The notes under the pieces were generated by a model, which saw only the letters and a program-made list of their open reading frames with translations, was not told the origin of the DNA and ran no database searches. The position numbers were made by a program, and so were the translations under genes. This document shows, one piece after another, positions 47,292 to 57,900 of a DNA stretch of 64,000 nt; the first letter of the stretch is position 1, and every line of letters begins with the position of its first letter. The stretch is from Pirellulales bacterium (lineage in GTDB: Bacteria > Planctomycetota > Planctomycetia > Pirellulales > Lacipirellulaceae): contig JAKVCB010000006.1 in assembly GCA_022448345.1 (NCBI GenBank), positions 11,083 through 75,082 on the forward strand. The letters run 5' to 3'.

Positions 47292-50200
47292 ATGCCAAAA
47301 CGGTCTGTTCCTAATTGCTCCTTTTCCGATCGCCGGCGGTTTGTGTTCGAGCGACTGGAACCACGTCGTTTGCTGACTGGGACAACACTCTTTTTCACCC
47401 AGGACATCACCGGCAGTCATGATCAGTTGCTGTCGGTCGAGGGTCTCGTGCGCGGCAGCGGCACCGTTGATCTTGCCAGCCAGCCTGGTTATCTGGCAGT
47501 TGAGACGGGTGACTCTGGGTTGAATGTGGGAGTCATTGACGCCAAAAATATTGCGGGTCAGAACGTGGTGGTGGTAGGGGGGGACCTCGTCAGTGCGTAT
47601 GACGGGGACGACATCCACACTCAAATTGGCTCGACTTGGGATCCTGATGCAGCACAAACGGTTGCAACAGTGGCCGACTCGATCGTGGTTATTACGGGTG
47701 GAGGAGGAGTTCGGCGGCTTGACAGTGGCCTGGTCCTTGGTGCCTCCCACGATCTGGCTGGCACCAGTTTGACTCGGCTTGCCGTTGGTGATACGCAGAT
47801 CGCCATTGGTGACTCCCTTGGAGTAGGGCGGATTCTTGATGTTGGCCTGAACGTGGTGGGAAGCGTTGATGTCAATGGTTCCAACAACTTTCCGATTACG
47901 GCTGTCGCCGCCGGGAGTGTGGGCGATGTCTCCGATGCCGCCTATTTTGCCCACAGTATTTTAGATGGCGCAGGCAACATCATCAGTGGTACAGGCCTGC
48001 TTTATGACAGTTCTGAGCCTGGTGCGATTTCAAGTCCAGGCCGGCTACTGGGCACCAACGGTGCCCAACATGGAGTTGTGCCGGCCGTCATTGTCGACGC
48101 AGTAATTGGCGATAGTGACGCTGAGCGCGTTGGCAACGAGATTGTTGTGGCCAGTTTCAACCCGTTGGTGAATCATGCACCGGGTGGGGTTTTGGGTGAG
48201 ATTTCTGCAACCGCAGGGGCCCTGGTGGATTTGGGAAAATATCACAGTGTGAACAACCACATCGCTGGGATTGCTGTGGGGCCCTATGGCAATGCCACCA
48301 AAGATTCAGTCATTGAGTTTGGTGCGAGTCCCTGGAATGGTGACACTCGTCCGGCCGTTGATCATTGGCAGGCATTTGATGATGGTCCTGGCGTGGAAAG
48401 CCCTCCACAAAATCTAAACTATTTGTTGTGGCACAGCGGGGCGAATCGTGCAGAGATTCGCGATGGTGTCATTGGGGAAATCAGCACCAATGGCGATGCG
48501 ACCTCGACCGAGTTTGTCCAGGTTGGTCCTCTTTATGGGACTCCACTTTCGGGCAATGGGTCAGATACCACGCTTGGTTCGAGTTCGATCATTGAGATCC
48601 AGAACACTAACAGTGGTAGTGGCAATCTGCAGGAAATCACCGTCGCCGGCGAGATCCTTACGAGTGTCGCCCTGGCCGATATTTTGGGTGAAGATGGTCT
48701 CAAGGAGATTGTTGTCGGTGCCGAAAGTGGGAACGTGCTGGTCTACAGCCACACAAACCTCTCCAGCCCATTTGTGCTGGCTGGCTCTTTGGATCTTGGA
48801 GGTGAAGTCCTTGAGTTGGCAACGCTTGCAGGAGGCGTCCCCATAGCGGCGCCTGCCGCAGGCGTTGATGCATTGGCCATGGGTGACTTCGGGTCGAGAA
48901 CCGACCAGATTGTGATTGCCCGCGAGACCTCCGCGGACAGTAACGACGTGCTGATTCTATCAACCGGCGCGTTGGATCCGGGCGTTGATGTCGCAGTTGC
49001 CGGTGGGCCAACTGCCGGCGGGACCGCACATGGGCTGGCACTGGGACCATTTCAGAGTGGTTCAATGGGCAATGAATTGCTTGTGGGATTGACCGACCAG
49101 GCGGTGGTCGGTGGCAATGGACATCACGTGTTTTACACACTCTCTGGAAACAGTGGTCAGTATTCCCTGGAGCGACCGATCAGCGATGTGGCTGCAGGAG
49201 ACCTTAATGGAAACGGGGCGGTTGATTTCGTTCTCACGGGGCTCAACAGCGGTAACGAAAGCGGCTTTGGTCAAGGTTCGCTGGTGTTCGAAGCGAGCGG
49301 TGGGTCTGGCGTCGTGCTCGACTCGCCGGGCCTGGTGGGAACTCACCATCCACCATCGTTTTTGGCGGTGGCGATTGGGAATTTGGATGCCGACAGTGAC
49401 CAGGAGTTGGCGCTGGTGGGCGATGATTTTGTGCGGGTGCTGGACAACAACGGAGCAGGGCAGTTTGCCGCGGTGCCGATGCTACAGTCCAGTTCCTTGG
49501 GAAATGGGGCCCGGTTTGTGGATGTGGTAATTGCCGACGCCGATGGTGATGCGGCCAACGAGGTGATCGCCATTACCGATTTTGGCACAGTTTACATGTT
49601 TGGGCACGAGACCGTCGGTGACGCGGCTTCCCCGTTTTCCTCGGCGCCGATTGGTGTGTACAGTGCCGGGGGCGGGCCGTTGTTGGGTGTGGCAGCACTG
49701 GCGCAACAGCCCGAGCCAGGGGTCCTTGGCCGTCACATCTTTTACAACAACTCTTCGTTTGACGGTAACAACCCGCTGGCCAATTCCAGCGATGATCTGG
49801 CGATTGCGACCGACAAAACTGCGTTGTTGCCTGCCCAGCAGGCGACATTTGCCAACTACACCAGTTTTTCCAAAGGAATCAACGGGATCTTCGTCGACGT
49901 TTCGGGTCTTGCCAATCCGCTGAATCTGGGGCCGGCTGATTTTCAGTTTCGAGTTGGCAGTGGGAGCGATTCGACCTCATGGGAAGCGGCTCCACAACCG
50001 GTCAACGATATTGCCGACGGAATTCGGCTTGGGGCAGGCGTGGAGGGTTCCGATCGTGTAACGCTTATCTGGAGTGACCAGGCGATTACCGGTCAGTGGC
50101 TGGAAGTGACAATCAAGGCGACTTCCAATACGGGATTGTTGCAAGATGACATTTTCTATGTAGGAAATGCAATTGGCGAAACGGGGAACTCAGGTGGGGA

Positions 50201-53200
50201 TGCCCTGGTGACGTTGTCCGACCTTGAAGGGGCGCTCAACCATTCCCGCGGTCCTTTTGATAGGGCTTCAATTACCGACATCTATGATTTCAATCGGGAC
50301 CGGCTTGTAGGTGCTCAAGATGGGATCTTAGCGCGCAGCAATCTTTCCAGCGCTGTGGGCGAATTGGAGTTGTTGGCTGCTCCTCTAACTGAAGGTGTCG
50401 CATTTCGTATTACCGAAACCGAAGATGTGTGGCTTCAACTGGAAGACCCATCGGGTAAAACCTGGAGTTTTGAACATTTTAGTGATTCCGGTATGGAGAT
50501 CGACTCTGCTCTGAAAATCGGTGTCGATGGATCTCCCCTGGATGTTTACCTGGCAGAACACCCTGGCGGAATGCGTTTGTATTTATGGGAAGATGGGCGG
50601 GTGGTACCAGATATGCCTCACACCCATATCAAGCCAACGCTGGCGGTTTGGGGTGACATGCTGGTAGGGGACATATCTTCTTTGGAAGATAACCCGATGA
50701 CCCTGTTCATGCGGGAGCAGGAAGACCTGAGCGCATCGGCAACGACCAGTTTTTTCTCAGCTGCCCATGGGATTAGCGATGTGGATGGTGGTGCTTCAAT
50801 GGTCTTTCACCCGGATCATCATCGTGATGTCGATACCTGGCCTGGCGATCCAGTTGATCATCCCCTAAGCGGTTCGCTCGAGGTGATTGCCTATGGCCAG
50901 GGCACTGGGGAGCAGGCCAACGCGATACTGTTTAAAACGCGAAGTGGTTCCGGGACGGTTGCAGATCGCATGATGATCAAGGACGGCACCGTGAGCGTTG
51001 ATGGCAACGTGGTTGCAACCGGCAGCGTAATGTCCGGTTCGTCAAGATCTACCAAGGATCACATCGAGGTACTTTCCGGTAGTGAGGCGATAGATCTGGT
51101 CACGGACCTGGAGGCCATTCACTTCAGCTACCTAACCGATTCTGACCAGCCGCGACTGGGATTTGTGGCCGAGGAGGTGCCGGAAGTATTCAGTGCGGCC
51201 GATCGCAAGGGTGTTGACTCGATGGGAATTGCGGCGGCTCTTTCCAGGCTGGTGCAGACCAACGGTGCCCGTATTGAGCAACTTTCCATACAGGTCGAGA
51301 TCGCCGCGTTGCTACCGGGCACCGAAAGTGGGAACTCTGAAGCGCGCCTTGCTACGGACACTCGGTCCGGTTCAGTGGCCAGTGTCACCGGCACCGACAG
51401 TACAACTTTTGCTGCGACTCTGTCACCATCTGTGGCGCCTGGTGGAGAGGATTTTTGGGGTGTAGCGGACGGGCAGGGTATGGTTGTGGCGACCAGTAGT
51501 AGCCTTGATTTGACCGAAGTGTTTCCCCAATCAATTCCCGAAACCAGTGGGCAATGGTTCCAGATGGAAACTGCCGAAGGAGAAAGGTGGTACTTTGACC
51601 ATGCCGAGCTTCCTCACGTTAATATCGACTCCGCATTTCGTATTAGCATGGATAGTTCACCACTGGATTTTTATCTGGAAGATGAAACAGATGGTTTAAA
51701 CATGTACTTGTGGGAAGATGGGCGACCTGTTCCCAACATGCCCCACACCCAGAAAAAACCTACCGTGGCGGTTTGGGGAGACATGTATGCGAGTAACATT
51801 GCCACGATTGGCCGGGATGCAAGGCAGATGTTCCTGCGGGATGAAACGGGCTTGAGTGCATCCTCGGGCACCGTCCTGTTTTCGGCCAACAAGGGGATCA
51901 ACAACACAATCGATGGTGGTGCGGGGATGGTGATTCGTCCTGACCACAATCGGGATCAGGAGTTGTACCCTGGAGAATCCACCGAGCATTATCAGAGTGG
52001 TGCCTTGCAATTGATAGCATTCGGCGATGGGTCTGGCAGTAGGGCCAATGCGGTTATTTTTCAAACTCGCGACGGTCCCGACAGCGTGTCAGACAGGATG
52101 GTTGTCAGTAACAACACCACGATTTACGGCAACCTGGTAGCTACCGGGAGCATCACGCCAGGGTCGAGCCGGGAGCTCAAGCAAGGTATTGAGCCACTCT
52201 CTACCCAGGAGGCTGAAAGCCTTGTCACCGATTTACAGGCAGTGAGCTTCACCTACACGGCCGATCCTGGTCAGCAGCGACTAGGATTCATTGCCGAGGA
52301 GGTTCCTGCTGTTTTTGGCAACGTTCAGCGGAACGGCGTTGATGCCATGGGCGTGGTTGCCGCCCTTACACAGGTGGTCCAAACACAGCAGCTAGAAATT
52401 AACAACTTGCAGGCCGAAGTTGCCGACTCTGCGGGTGCGGAACACCCGGTTGTTGCCGTATCGAGTACGGTCGAAGAGTCTGCGGACTCACCTACCGCGT
52501 TAGCATCGAACCAGGTGGCCAGTGACAGCCAGGATGTGTTAGCAGGACAGACAGAAGCTGCGGTCGAGCAGGCTGGGATGGTGGTGGCGACCAGCAGTAA
52601 TGTTACGCTACCAGAAGTGCCACCATTTCGGATTGTGGACAGCGGTGGTCGTTGGCTGGAGTTGGAGGAGACCGGGGGCAAAACATGGAGCATGGAGCAT
52701 TTCAGCGATTCGTCCCTTGGTATCGACTCGGCTTTACACATACACACGGAGAATTCGGCGCGGGACTTTTACCTGGCCGATGAGCCGGATGGCATGCGGA
52801 TGTATCTGTGGGGAGATGATACCCCGGTTCCCGACCTGCCGCAAACCGGGGCCAAACCTCATCTGGCTATTGATGGAGATATGTTCCTGGGAGATATCAT
52901 CACCAATGGGCGTGGTGCGCTTAGTATGTTCAACCGGGTTGAGCAGCAATTGAGCGCTTCGGCGACGACCACCCTTTATTCAGCCCGCGAGGGTATCACC
53001 AGCGATGTCGATGGGGGTGCCGGGGTTGTCCTGTACCCGGATCACCACCAGGACCTGGAGAGTTGGCCTGGCGATCCAGCCAATCATCCACTCAGTGGCT
53101 CACTCGAACTGGTTGCCTATGGCCAGGGATCTGGTTCCCAGGCGAATGCCATCTTGATTCAGAATCGTTATGGCAACGCGCTTGCAGACCGCATGGTGAT

Positions 53201-53927
53201 CAAGGACGGGACAGTGACCGTTTATGGCGGGATCTTTGCAACCGGCAGTGTGACTCCCGGATCGAGCCGTGCGACAAAAGAAAACATTGAAGGTCTTACA
53301 GCCAGCGAGGCCTTGGAGTTGGTAGCCAGCCTGGAGCCGGTCAGCTTTACCTACACGGCTGATCCTGGCCAGCGGCGGCTGGGATTTGTTGCCGAGGATG
53401 TGGCCGAAGTGTTTGGCACTTCCGGTCGCAAGGCGGTCGATCCGATGGGAATCATTGCCGCGCTCTCGCGAGTGGTACAGACCCAACACGAACAACTAAA
53501 CGAGATCTTCGCGGAGATGGCTTCCTCAACCGTCGTTCAAAATTCGTATACAAGTAGTCTCCAGGACGTGACCCAGACGAAAACCGCGCCCCCGAAAAAG
53601 CTGGACCGCCCATGGTGGCCCACCTCGGTTATTGCCAGCTCGACCTGGGGAATCGGGACACCAGAGGTAAAACGAGCCAACAAAGTCGACCTGCCGGACA
53701 TTCGAGAAGCTGCCCTTGAAGGGGACCTTAGTGAGCGTGGGCTGCGACTGCTGGGAGGGTTGCCGAGCGGGCATGACCGACCAGCGTGGCAGGAAGTCTC
53801 GCAGAGATTCCATCCTGAAAACAAAGAAGCGGTCCAGGAACGTCGTCTTACTGAGGATGAGTTGGCATCGGTGTGGAGTGCCGGGGACGACTGGTTGCAG
53901 GCTCTCAACCAGAGAACTTTTCGTTAA
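47292..53927 (+). CDS. Giant secreted protein (about 2211 aa): LEPRRLL leader, FG-GAP/VCBS-like region, a domain with a dockerin-like loop, then three tandem fibre modules each ending in a Peptidase S74 intramolecular-chaperone domain
   Basis: MPKRS...FERLEPRRLLTG N-terminus. FG-GAP-like loops: DLNGNGAVDFVLTG, IGNLDADSDQELALVG and IADADGDAANEVIAITD. DFNRDRLVGAQD is an EF-hand-like loop. Three S74 motifs are GSSRSTKDHIE, GSSRELKQGIE and GSSRATKENIE, each followed by ..F.Y......RLGF(V/I)AEEV....VD.MG. The ORF track begins at a TTG at 47151. Confidence 0.8.
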   Translation: MPKRSVPNCSFSDRRRFVFERLEPRRLLTGTTLFFTQDITGSHDQLLSVEGLVRGSGTVDLASQPGYLAVETGDSGLNVGVIDAKNIAGQNVVVVGGDLVSAYDGDDIHTQIGSTWDPDAAQTVATVADSIVVITGGGGVRRLDSGLVLGASHDLAGTSLTRLAVGDTQIAIGDSLGVGRILDVGLNVVGSVDVNGSNNFPITAVAAGSVGDVSDAAYFAHSILDGAGNIISGTGLLYDSSEPGAISSPGRLLGTNGAQHGVVPAVIVDAVIGDSDAERVGNEIVVASFNPLVNHAPGGVLGEISATAGALVDLGKYHSVNNHIAGIAVGPYGNATKDSVIEFGASPWNGDTRPAVDHWQAFDDGPGVESPPQNLNYLLWHSGANRAEIRDGVIGEISTNGDATSTEFVQVGPLYGTPLSGNGSDTTLGSSSIIEIQNTNSGSGNLQEITVAGEILTSVALADILGEDGLKEIVVGAESGNVLVYSHTNLSSPFVLAGSLDLGGEVLELATLAGGVPIAAPAAGVDALAMGDFGSRTDQIVIARETSADSNDVLILSTGALDPGVDVAVAGGPTAGGTAHGLALGPFQSGSMGNELLVGLTDQAVVGGNGHHVFYTLSGNSGQYSLERPISDVAAGDLNGNGAVDFVLTGLNSGNESGFGQGSLVFEASGGSGVVLDSPGLVGTHHPPSFLAVAIGNLDADSDQELALVGDDFVRVLDNNGAGQFAAVPMLQSSSLGNGARFVDVVIADADGDAANEVIAITDFGTVYMFGHETVGDAASPFSSAPIGVYSAGGGPLLGVAALAQQPEPGVLGRHIFYNNSSFDGNNPLANSSDDLAIATDKTALLPAQQATFANYTSFSKGINGIFVDVSGLANPLNLGPADFQFRVGSGSDSTSWEAAPQPVNDIADGIRLGAGVEGSDRVTLIWSDQAITGQWLEVTIKATSNTGLLQDDIFYVGNAIGETGNSGGDALVTLSDLEGALNHSRGPFDRASITDIYDFNRDRLVGAQDGILARSNLSSAVGELELLAAPLTEGVAFRITETEDVWLQLEDPSGKTWSFEHFSDSGMEIDSALKIGVDGSPLDVYLAEHPGGMRLYLWEDGRVVPDMPHTHIKPTLAVWGDMLVGDISSLEDNPMTLFMREQEDLSASATTSFFSAAHGISDVDGGASMVFHPDHHRDVDTWPGDPVDHPLSGSLEVIAYGQGTGEQANAILFKTRSGSGTVADRMMIKDGTVSVDGNVVATGSVMSGSSRSTKDHIEVLSGSEAIDLVTDLEAIHFSYLTDSDQPRLGFVAEEVPEVFSAADRKGVDSMGIAAALSRLVQTNGARIEQLSIQVEIAALLPGTESGNSEARLATDTRSGSVASVTGTDSTTFAATLSPSVAPGGEDFWGVADGQGMVVATSSSLDLTEVFPQSIPETSGQWFQMETAEGERWYFDHAELPHVNIDSAFRISMDSSPLDFYLEDETDGLNMYLWEDGRPVPNMPHTQKKPTVAVWGDMYASNIATIGRDARQMFLRDETGLSASSGTVLFSANKGINNTIDGGAGMVIRPDHNRDQELYPGESTEHYQSGALQLIAFGDGSGSRANAVIFQTRDGPDSVSDRMVVSNNTTIYGNLVATGSITPGSSRELKQGIEPLSTQEAESLVTDLQAVSFTYTADPGQQRLGFIAEEVPAVFGNVQRNGVDAMGVVAALTQVVQTQQLEINNLQAEVADSAGAEHPVVAVSSTVEESADSPTALASNQVASDSQDVLAGQTEAAVEQAGMVVATSSNVTLPEVPPFRIVDSGGRWLELEETGGKTWSMEHFSDSSLGIDSALHIHTENSARDFYLADEPDGMRMYLWGDDTPVPDLPQTGAKPHLAIDGDMFLGDIITNGRGALSMFNRVEQQLSASATTTLYSAREGITSDVDGGAGVVLYPDHHQDLESWPGDPANHPLSGSLELVAYGQGSGSQANAILIQNRYGNALADRMVIKDGTVTVYGGIFATGSVTPGSSRATKENIEGLTASEALELVASLEPVSFTYTADPGQRRLGFVAEDVAEVFGTSGRKAVDPMGIIAALSRVVQTQHEQLNEIFAEMASSTVVQNSYTSSLQDVTQTKTAPPKKLDRPWWPTSVIASSTWGIGTPEVKRANKVDLPDIREAALEGDLSERGLRLLGGLPSGHDRPAWQEVSQRFHPENKEAVQERRLTEDELASVWSAGDDWLQALNQRTFR
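51039..51300 (+). other. Peptidase S74-like intramolecular chaperone autoprocessing domain, copy A1
   Basis: SSRSTKDHIEVLSGSEAIDLVTDLEAIHFSYLTDSDQPRLGFVAEEVPEVFSAADRKGVDSMGIAAALSRLVQTNGARIEQL matches the S-D-x-R-x-K-x-N-I ... GfIAQEV ... vdy..l pattern of tail-spike/endosialidase C-terminal domains. Confidence 0.75.
52164..52422 (+). other. Peptidase S74-like intramolecular chaperone autoprocessing domain, copy A2
   Basis: SSRELKQGIEPLSTQEAESLVTDLQAVSFTYTADPGQQRLGFIAEEVPAVFGNVQRNGVDAMGVVAALTQVVQTQQLEINNL. Confidence 0.75.
53262..53520 (+). other. Peptidase S74-like intramolecular chaperone autoprocessing domain, copy A3
   Basis: SSRATKENIEGLTASEALELVASLEPVSFTYTADPGQRRLGFVAEDVAEVFGTSGRKAVDPMGIIAALSRVVQTQHEQLNEI. 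Confidence 0.75.
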
Positions 53928-53964
53928 ATAGGGTGGGTCATTACCATGGCCGATTTGTGTTGAA

Positions 53965-54834
53965 TTGATGCGATACTTTTTGTTCAACTTGATGGCGTTG
54001 TTTGCGATGTGCGGGGCCTCTCTGGAGGCTGCCGTGATCGATGTGGGCAATCACCTGCTGGCTCCGAATCTCTCGGGCCAACAGGTGGAGTTGTACGTTG
54101 CGGGTGGAGAACAGATTGCCGGAATCGATTTTTTTGCACAAGTTGGCGATGGCGGTCCGGAACTGGTGAACGTCGGCTTGCCAGCCGGCACCGATGGCCC
54201 TGAGATCACTGCGGTCGACTTGAAGAGTGGAACCATTTTTGCGCCGACTGGTGCCCAACAGGTGGAGCAACAGCGGTTTGGAGTTGAACAGGTTTTCTTT
54301 GCAGCCGTGGCGATTAGCGACCCACCGCCGGCGGCGCAAACAGTTGCCGCCAGTGGCCTTTTTGCCCGTCTTACTGTCGACACGACCGGTTTGACCGAAG
54401 GAACTTTCGATTTGCTCCTGGCCGATGTCTTGCCAGAAATCGATGGAGGTCCTTTTGCAACCAGCCTGGTTGCCGACGATGGAAATTTGCACCCCCTCAC
54501 TATCATCAATGGGACCCTTTCGATTAGCGGTAGTAATCTCCCGGGAGATTACAATTCTAATGGCGTTGTCGACGCTGCGGACTACACCCGGTGGCGCGAC
54601 CAACTCGGGATGTCGGTAACGCTGGTGAATGAAAATCCAGCGGCGACCACTCCCGGACTGGTGGACCAGGAAGATTACGTTTACTGGAAGAGTCGCTTCG
54701 GCGCAACCGTCGGGAGTAGCTCGACGGCTGCCGTGCCAGAACCGTTCTCCTGGTTGCTGGTGTTGTGTGCGATGGCACTGCTTGGAATCGGACGGTCGAA
54801 CTGGCTGGATCTTTCTCGCAATCGCAAGTTCTGA
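53965..54834 (+). CDS. Small surface protein: signal peptide, cohesin-like beta-sandwich region, dockerin-like loop and PEP-CTERM anchor
   Basis: Signal MMRYFLFNLMALFAMCGASLEA. The cohesin-like assignment of QQVELYVAGGEQIAGIDFFAQVGDGG ... GLFARLTVDTTGLTEGTFDLLL is weak. GDYNSNGVVDAADYTRW is a canonical D-x-N-x-(N/D)-G-x-V-D-x-x-D loop. VPEPFSWLLVLCAMALLGIGRS is a PEP-CTERM tail. Confidence 0.7.
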   Translation: MMRYFLFNLMALFAMCGASLEAAVIDVGNHLLAPNLSGQQVELYVAGGEQIAGIDFFAQVGDGGPELVNVGLPAGTDGPEITAVDLKSGTIFAPTGAQQVEQQRFGVEQVFFAAVAISDPPPAAQTVAASGLFARLTVDTTGLTEGTFDLLLADVLPEIDGGPFATSLVADDGNLHPLTIINGTLSISGSNLPGDYNSNGVVDAADYTRWRDQLGMSVTLVNENPAATTPGLVDQEDYVYWKSRFGATVGSSSTAAVPEPFSWLLVLCAMALLGIGRSNWLDLSRNRKF

Positions 54835-54964
54835 TCCGCCGGTGCGCAGCGGACGCCGTATGCTCCTAAAAGAGAGGGTCCGTTGCCTCCCGGGAGGTGG
54901 TGGGTGAGAATGGTCTCTAAACGGTAGTAGTTCAAGTAAATTGCGCGGATAGGGTACCAAGGTG

Positions 54965-57900
54965 ATGATTGTCAAAAAGTGGTTGGTCTCTTTAGGCATG
55001 TTGGCATGGGTATGGGGTGTCGCCGAAACTCAACTGGGTTCTTTTGGGCAGAGGATGATCGCCAGCGGTCAACAACTCCGACAAGTTCAACCAGTGGGCG
55101 CTCAAGACCGGGTCGGGGAGCCTCCATTTCGCATTACGGAAATCAAGAGCCGGTGGATGCAATTTCAGGAGCCTCTGGGAAAGACATGGAGTTTCGAAAA
55201 TTTCCGTGATCGCGAGATGGATATCGACGGGTCACTGAAAATCGGTATCGAGAACTCGCCACTGGATCTCTACCTGGCCGATGTTCCCAGGGCATTCCGG
55301 CTCTATCTGTGGGAAGATGGCAGGCTGGTTCCCGACATGCCGCACACGCACATCAAGCCCACGCTGGCCGTATGGGGGGACATGCTGGTGGGGGATATCT
55401 TTGCGATCGAAGACAACCCAATGACAATGTTCATGCGGCAGGAGAAAAACCTGAGCGCATCGGCAACGACCAGCTTTTTTGCAGCCAGGCTGGGAACCGG
55501 CACTGACATCGATGGTGGTGCGGCGATCGTCTTGCATCCAGACCACCATCGTGACCTGGAGGCGTGGCCTGAGGATCCGACCGATCACTCCCTGAGTGGC
55601 TCGCTGGAATTGATTGCCTACGGCCAGGGAGTGGGGAAACAATCCAACGCAATCGTTTTTAAAACGCGCAGTGGCCCTGGCAAGTTGGCTGAGCGGATGA
55701 TTATCAAGGATCACGAGGTTCATGTTGATGGTAACGTCGTAGCAACCGGAACGGTTACGGCTGGATCCTCCAGGGCGTACAAGCAAAATATGGAACCCCT
55801 CTCTGCGGTCGAGGCCGCCCGGTTGGTGACTGGCCTGGAGGCGATCCACTTCCATTACAAGGCCCAGCCCGACCAGCCGCGGCTTGGGTTCGTGGCCGAG
55901 GAAGTCCCCGAGATTTTTAGCGCAGCCGGTCGCAGGGGAGTTGACCCAATGGGAATCGTGGCCGCCCTTCTGAGGCTGGTGCAAACCAACCGTGCGCGAA
56001 TGGACCAGCTTTCGGCGCAGGTCAGGGCAGTTTCGGAAGCCAACCGTGCGGGCTTGTTGGCGTTGGCCGCTGCAAGCGAACCTCCTGTGGTGGCAGCGAG
56101 TCAGGTTGATTTGGCCGAACGGGTCCCGCCGTTGATCCGGGAGGTCAACGGTCAGTGGTTCCAACTGGAGACTGCCCAGGGAAAACGGTGGCATTTCGAT
56201 CACGTTCATCTTCCTCGAATGAACATTGACTCTGCCTTGCGAATCAGTCTCGACCGCTCGCTGTTGGACTTTTACCTTGCGGACGAGGCCGATGGATTGC
56301 ACATGTATTTGTGGAGAGATGGTATGCCCGTTCCCAACATGCCGCGGACCGGTAAAAGACCGACCATGTCGCTTCGAGGAGACATGTTTGTGGGAAATAT
56401 CGCTACGATCGGTCGCCAGCCAAGAGACATGTTTCTGCGCGAGGAGACTGGCCTGAGTGCCGCATCAGGTACGGTGTTGTTTTGCGCCGGCGAAGGAATC
56501 AACCACTTGAAAAATGGTGGTGCCGGGATTGTCATTCGTCCCGATCACCATCAAGACCTGGAAGTTTGGCCAGACGATCCGGTTGATCATTACCAGAGTG
56601 GTTCATTGCAATTAATCGCCTTTGGGGAAGGGGCCGGTAGCAGGGCCAATTCGGTCATTTTTCAAACGCGTGACGGTCTGAATAGCACGGCAGACCGCAT
56701 GATGGTGAACGAAAATGTAACAATTTATGGCAACCTGACGGCAACCGGAAGTATTACTCCCGGATCTTCCCGGGAGTTCAAGAAGAACGTCAGGCCACTT
56801 TCTGGCGCCGAGGCTGCCAGCCTGGTTGCAGATTTGAGAGCGGTGAGTTTTTCCTACAAAGCCGACCCCCACCAGCGGCGGTTGGGCTTCATTGCCGAAG
56901 AAGTCCCTGCTGTGTTCGGTACGGCCGGGCGCAATGGGGTCGATGCAATGGGCGTGGCGACGGCCTTGGCGCAGGCGGTAAAGACCCAGCAGCTTGAAAT
57001 CGACAACCTGCGATTCCAGATCCATGGGTTGGCAGATGCCAATCCCTCCGCACGGGGTGCAGGGGGCGAAAACATTGGCGCGACTGCCGAGCGGCCCAAC
57101 CAGAGTTCCCAGGGGTCACCTACCGTTGAAAAAACCGCGATTGCAACAAGTACTAACGTTTCCTTGCCCAAAATTCCTCCTTTTCAGATTTCAGGGAGTG
57201 GCCCGTGGTTGGAACTCGAAGAGACCAAAGGCAAAACATGGTCGTTGGGATATTTCAGGGACCTGGCAATGGGCATCCCGTCAGCTTTGCAGTTGCAACT
57301 GGAGGATTCGGCGCGGGACTTCTATCTGGCGGACGAGCCAGGTGGCATGCGGATGTACCTGTGGGAAGATGGTACGACGGTTCCCGATTTGCCGCAGACC
57401 GGTGCAAAACCGCATTTAGCCATTGGGGGAGATTTTTTCCTGGGAGACATTATCACCAATGGCCGTGCCGCGCTGCGCATGTTCAGCCGGGTGGAAGGTA
57501 AATTGAGTGCGTCGGCTACCACCACGCTTTACGCGGCCCGGGATGGAATCACGAGCGACGTAGACGGGGGAGCGGGGATTATTATGCATCCCGACCATCA
57601 CCACGATCCAACCAGTTATCCTGGGGATCCTGTAGAGCATCTGCAGAGTGGCTCACTGGAACTGGTTGCCTATGGCCAGGGAGAGGGTGCGCAGGCAAAC
57701 GCTATTTTGGTCCAAAGCCGTGCGGGTGATGCGCTGGCCGATCGGATGGTGATCAAGGATGGAACTGTGACCGTTGTTGGCAATATTTCTGCCACCGGCA
57801 GCGTTATTGTGGGGTCAAGCCGCGCGACGAAAAATAACATTCAAGCTCTTTCTGCCAGGGAGGCTTTCGCGTTGATGGCAGGTCTTGAGCCTATGAAATT

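Larger units (their letters stand above)
50393..53520 (+). repeat. Three tandem roughly 300-aa fibre modules (A1 about 50393-51300, A2 about 51520-52422, A3 about 52617-53520)
   Basis: Each module contains W.Q.E...G..W.F.H, YLWEDG..VP.(M/L)P.T, LSAS, DGGA, PDH..D, SG.L..IA(Y/F)G, AN..(L/I)(F/I)(K/Q)(T/N)R, DRM and G..VATGS, followed by an S74 domain. Confidence 0.8.

Noticed and set aside
53941-56302. Long minus-strand ORFs (53941-54999, 352 aa; 55232-56302, 356 aa) opposite the cohesin-like and fibre genes
   Set aside because: The plus-strand frames carry a signal peptide, a Ca-loop, a PEP-CTERM tail and S74 motifs. The antisense translations are Arg/Gly/Pro-rich low-information sequences.
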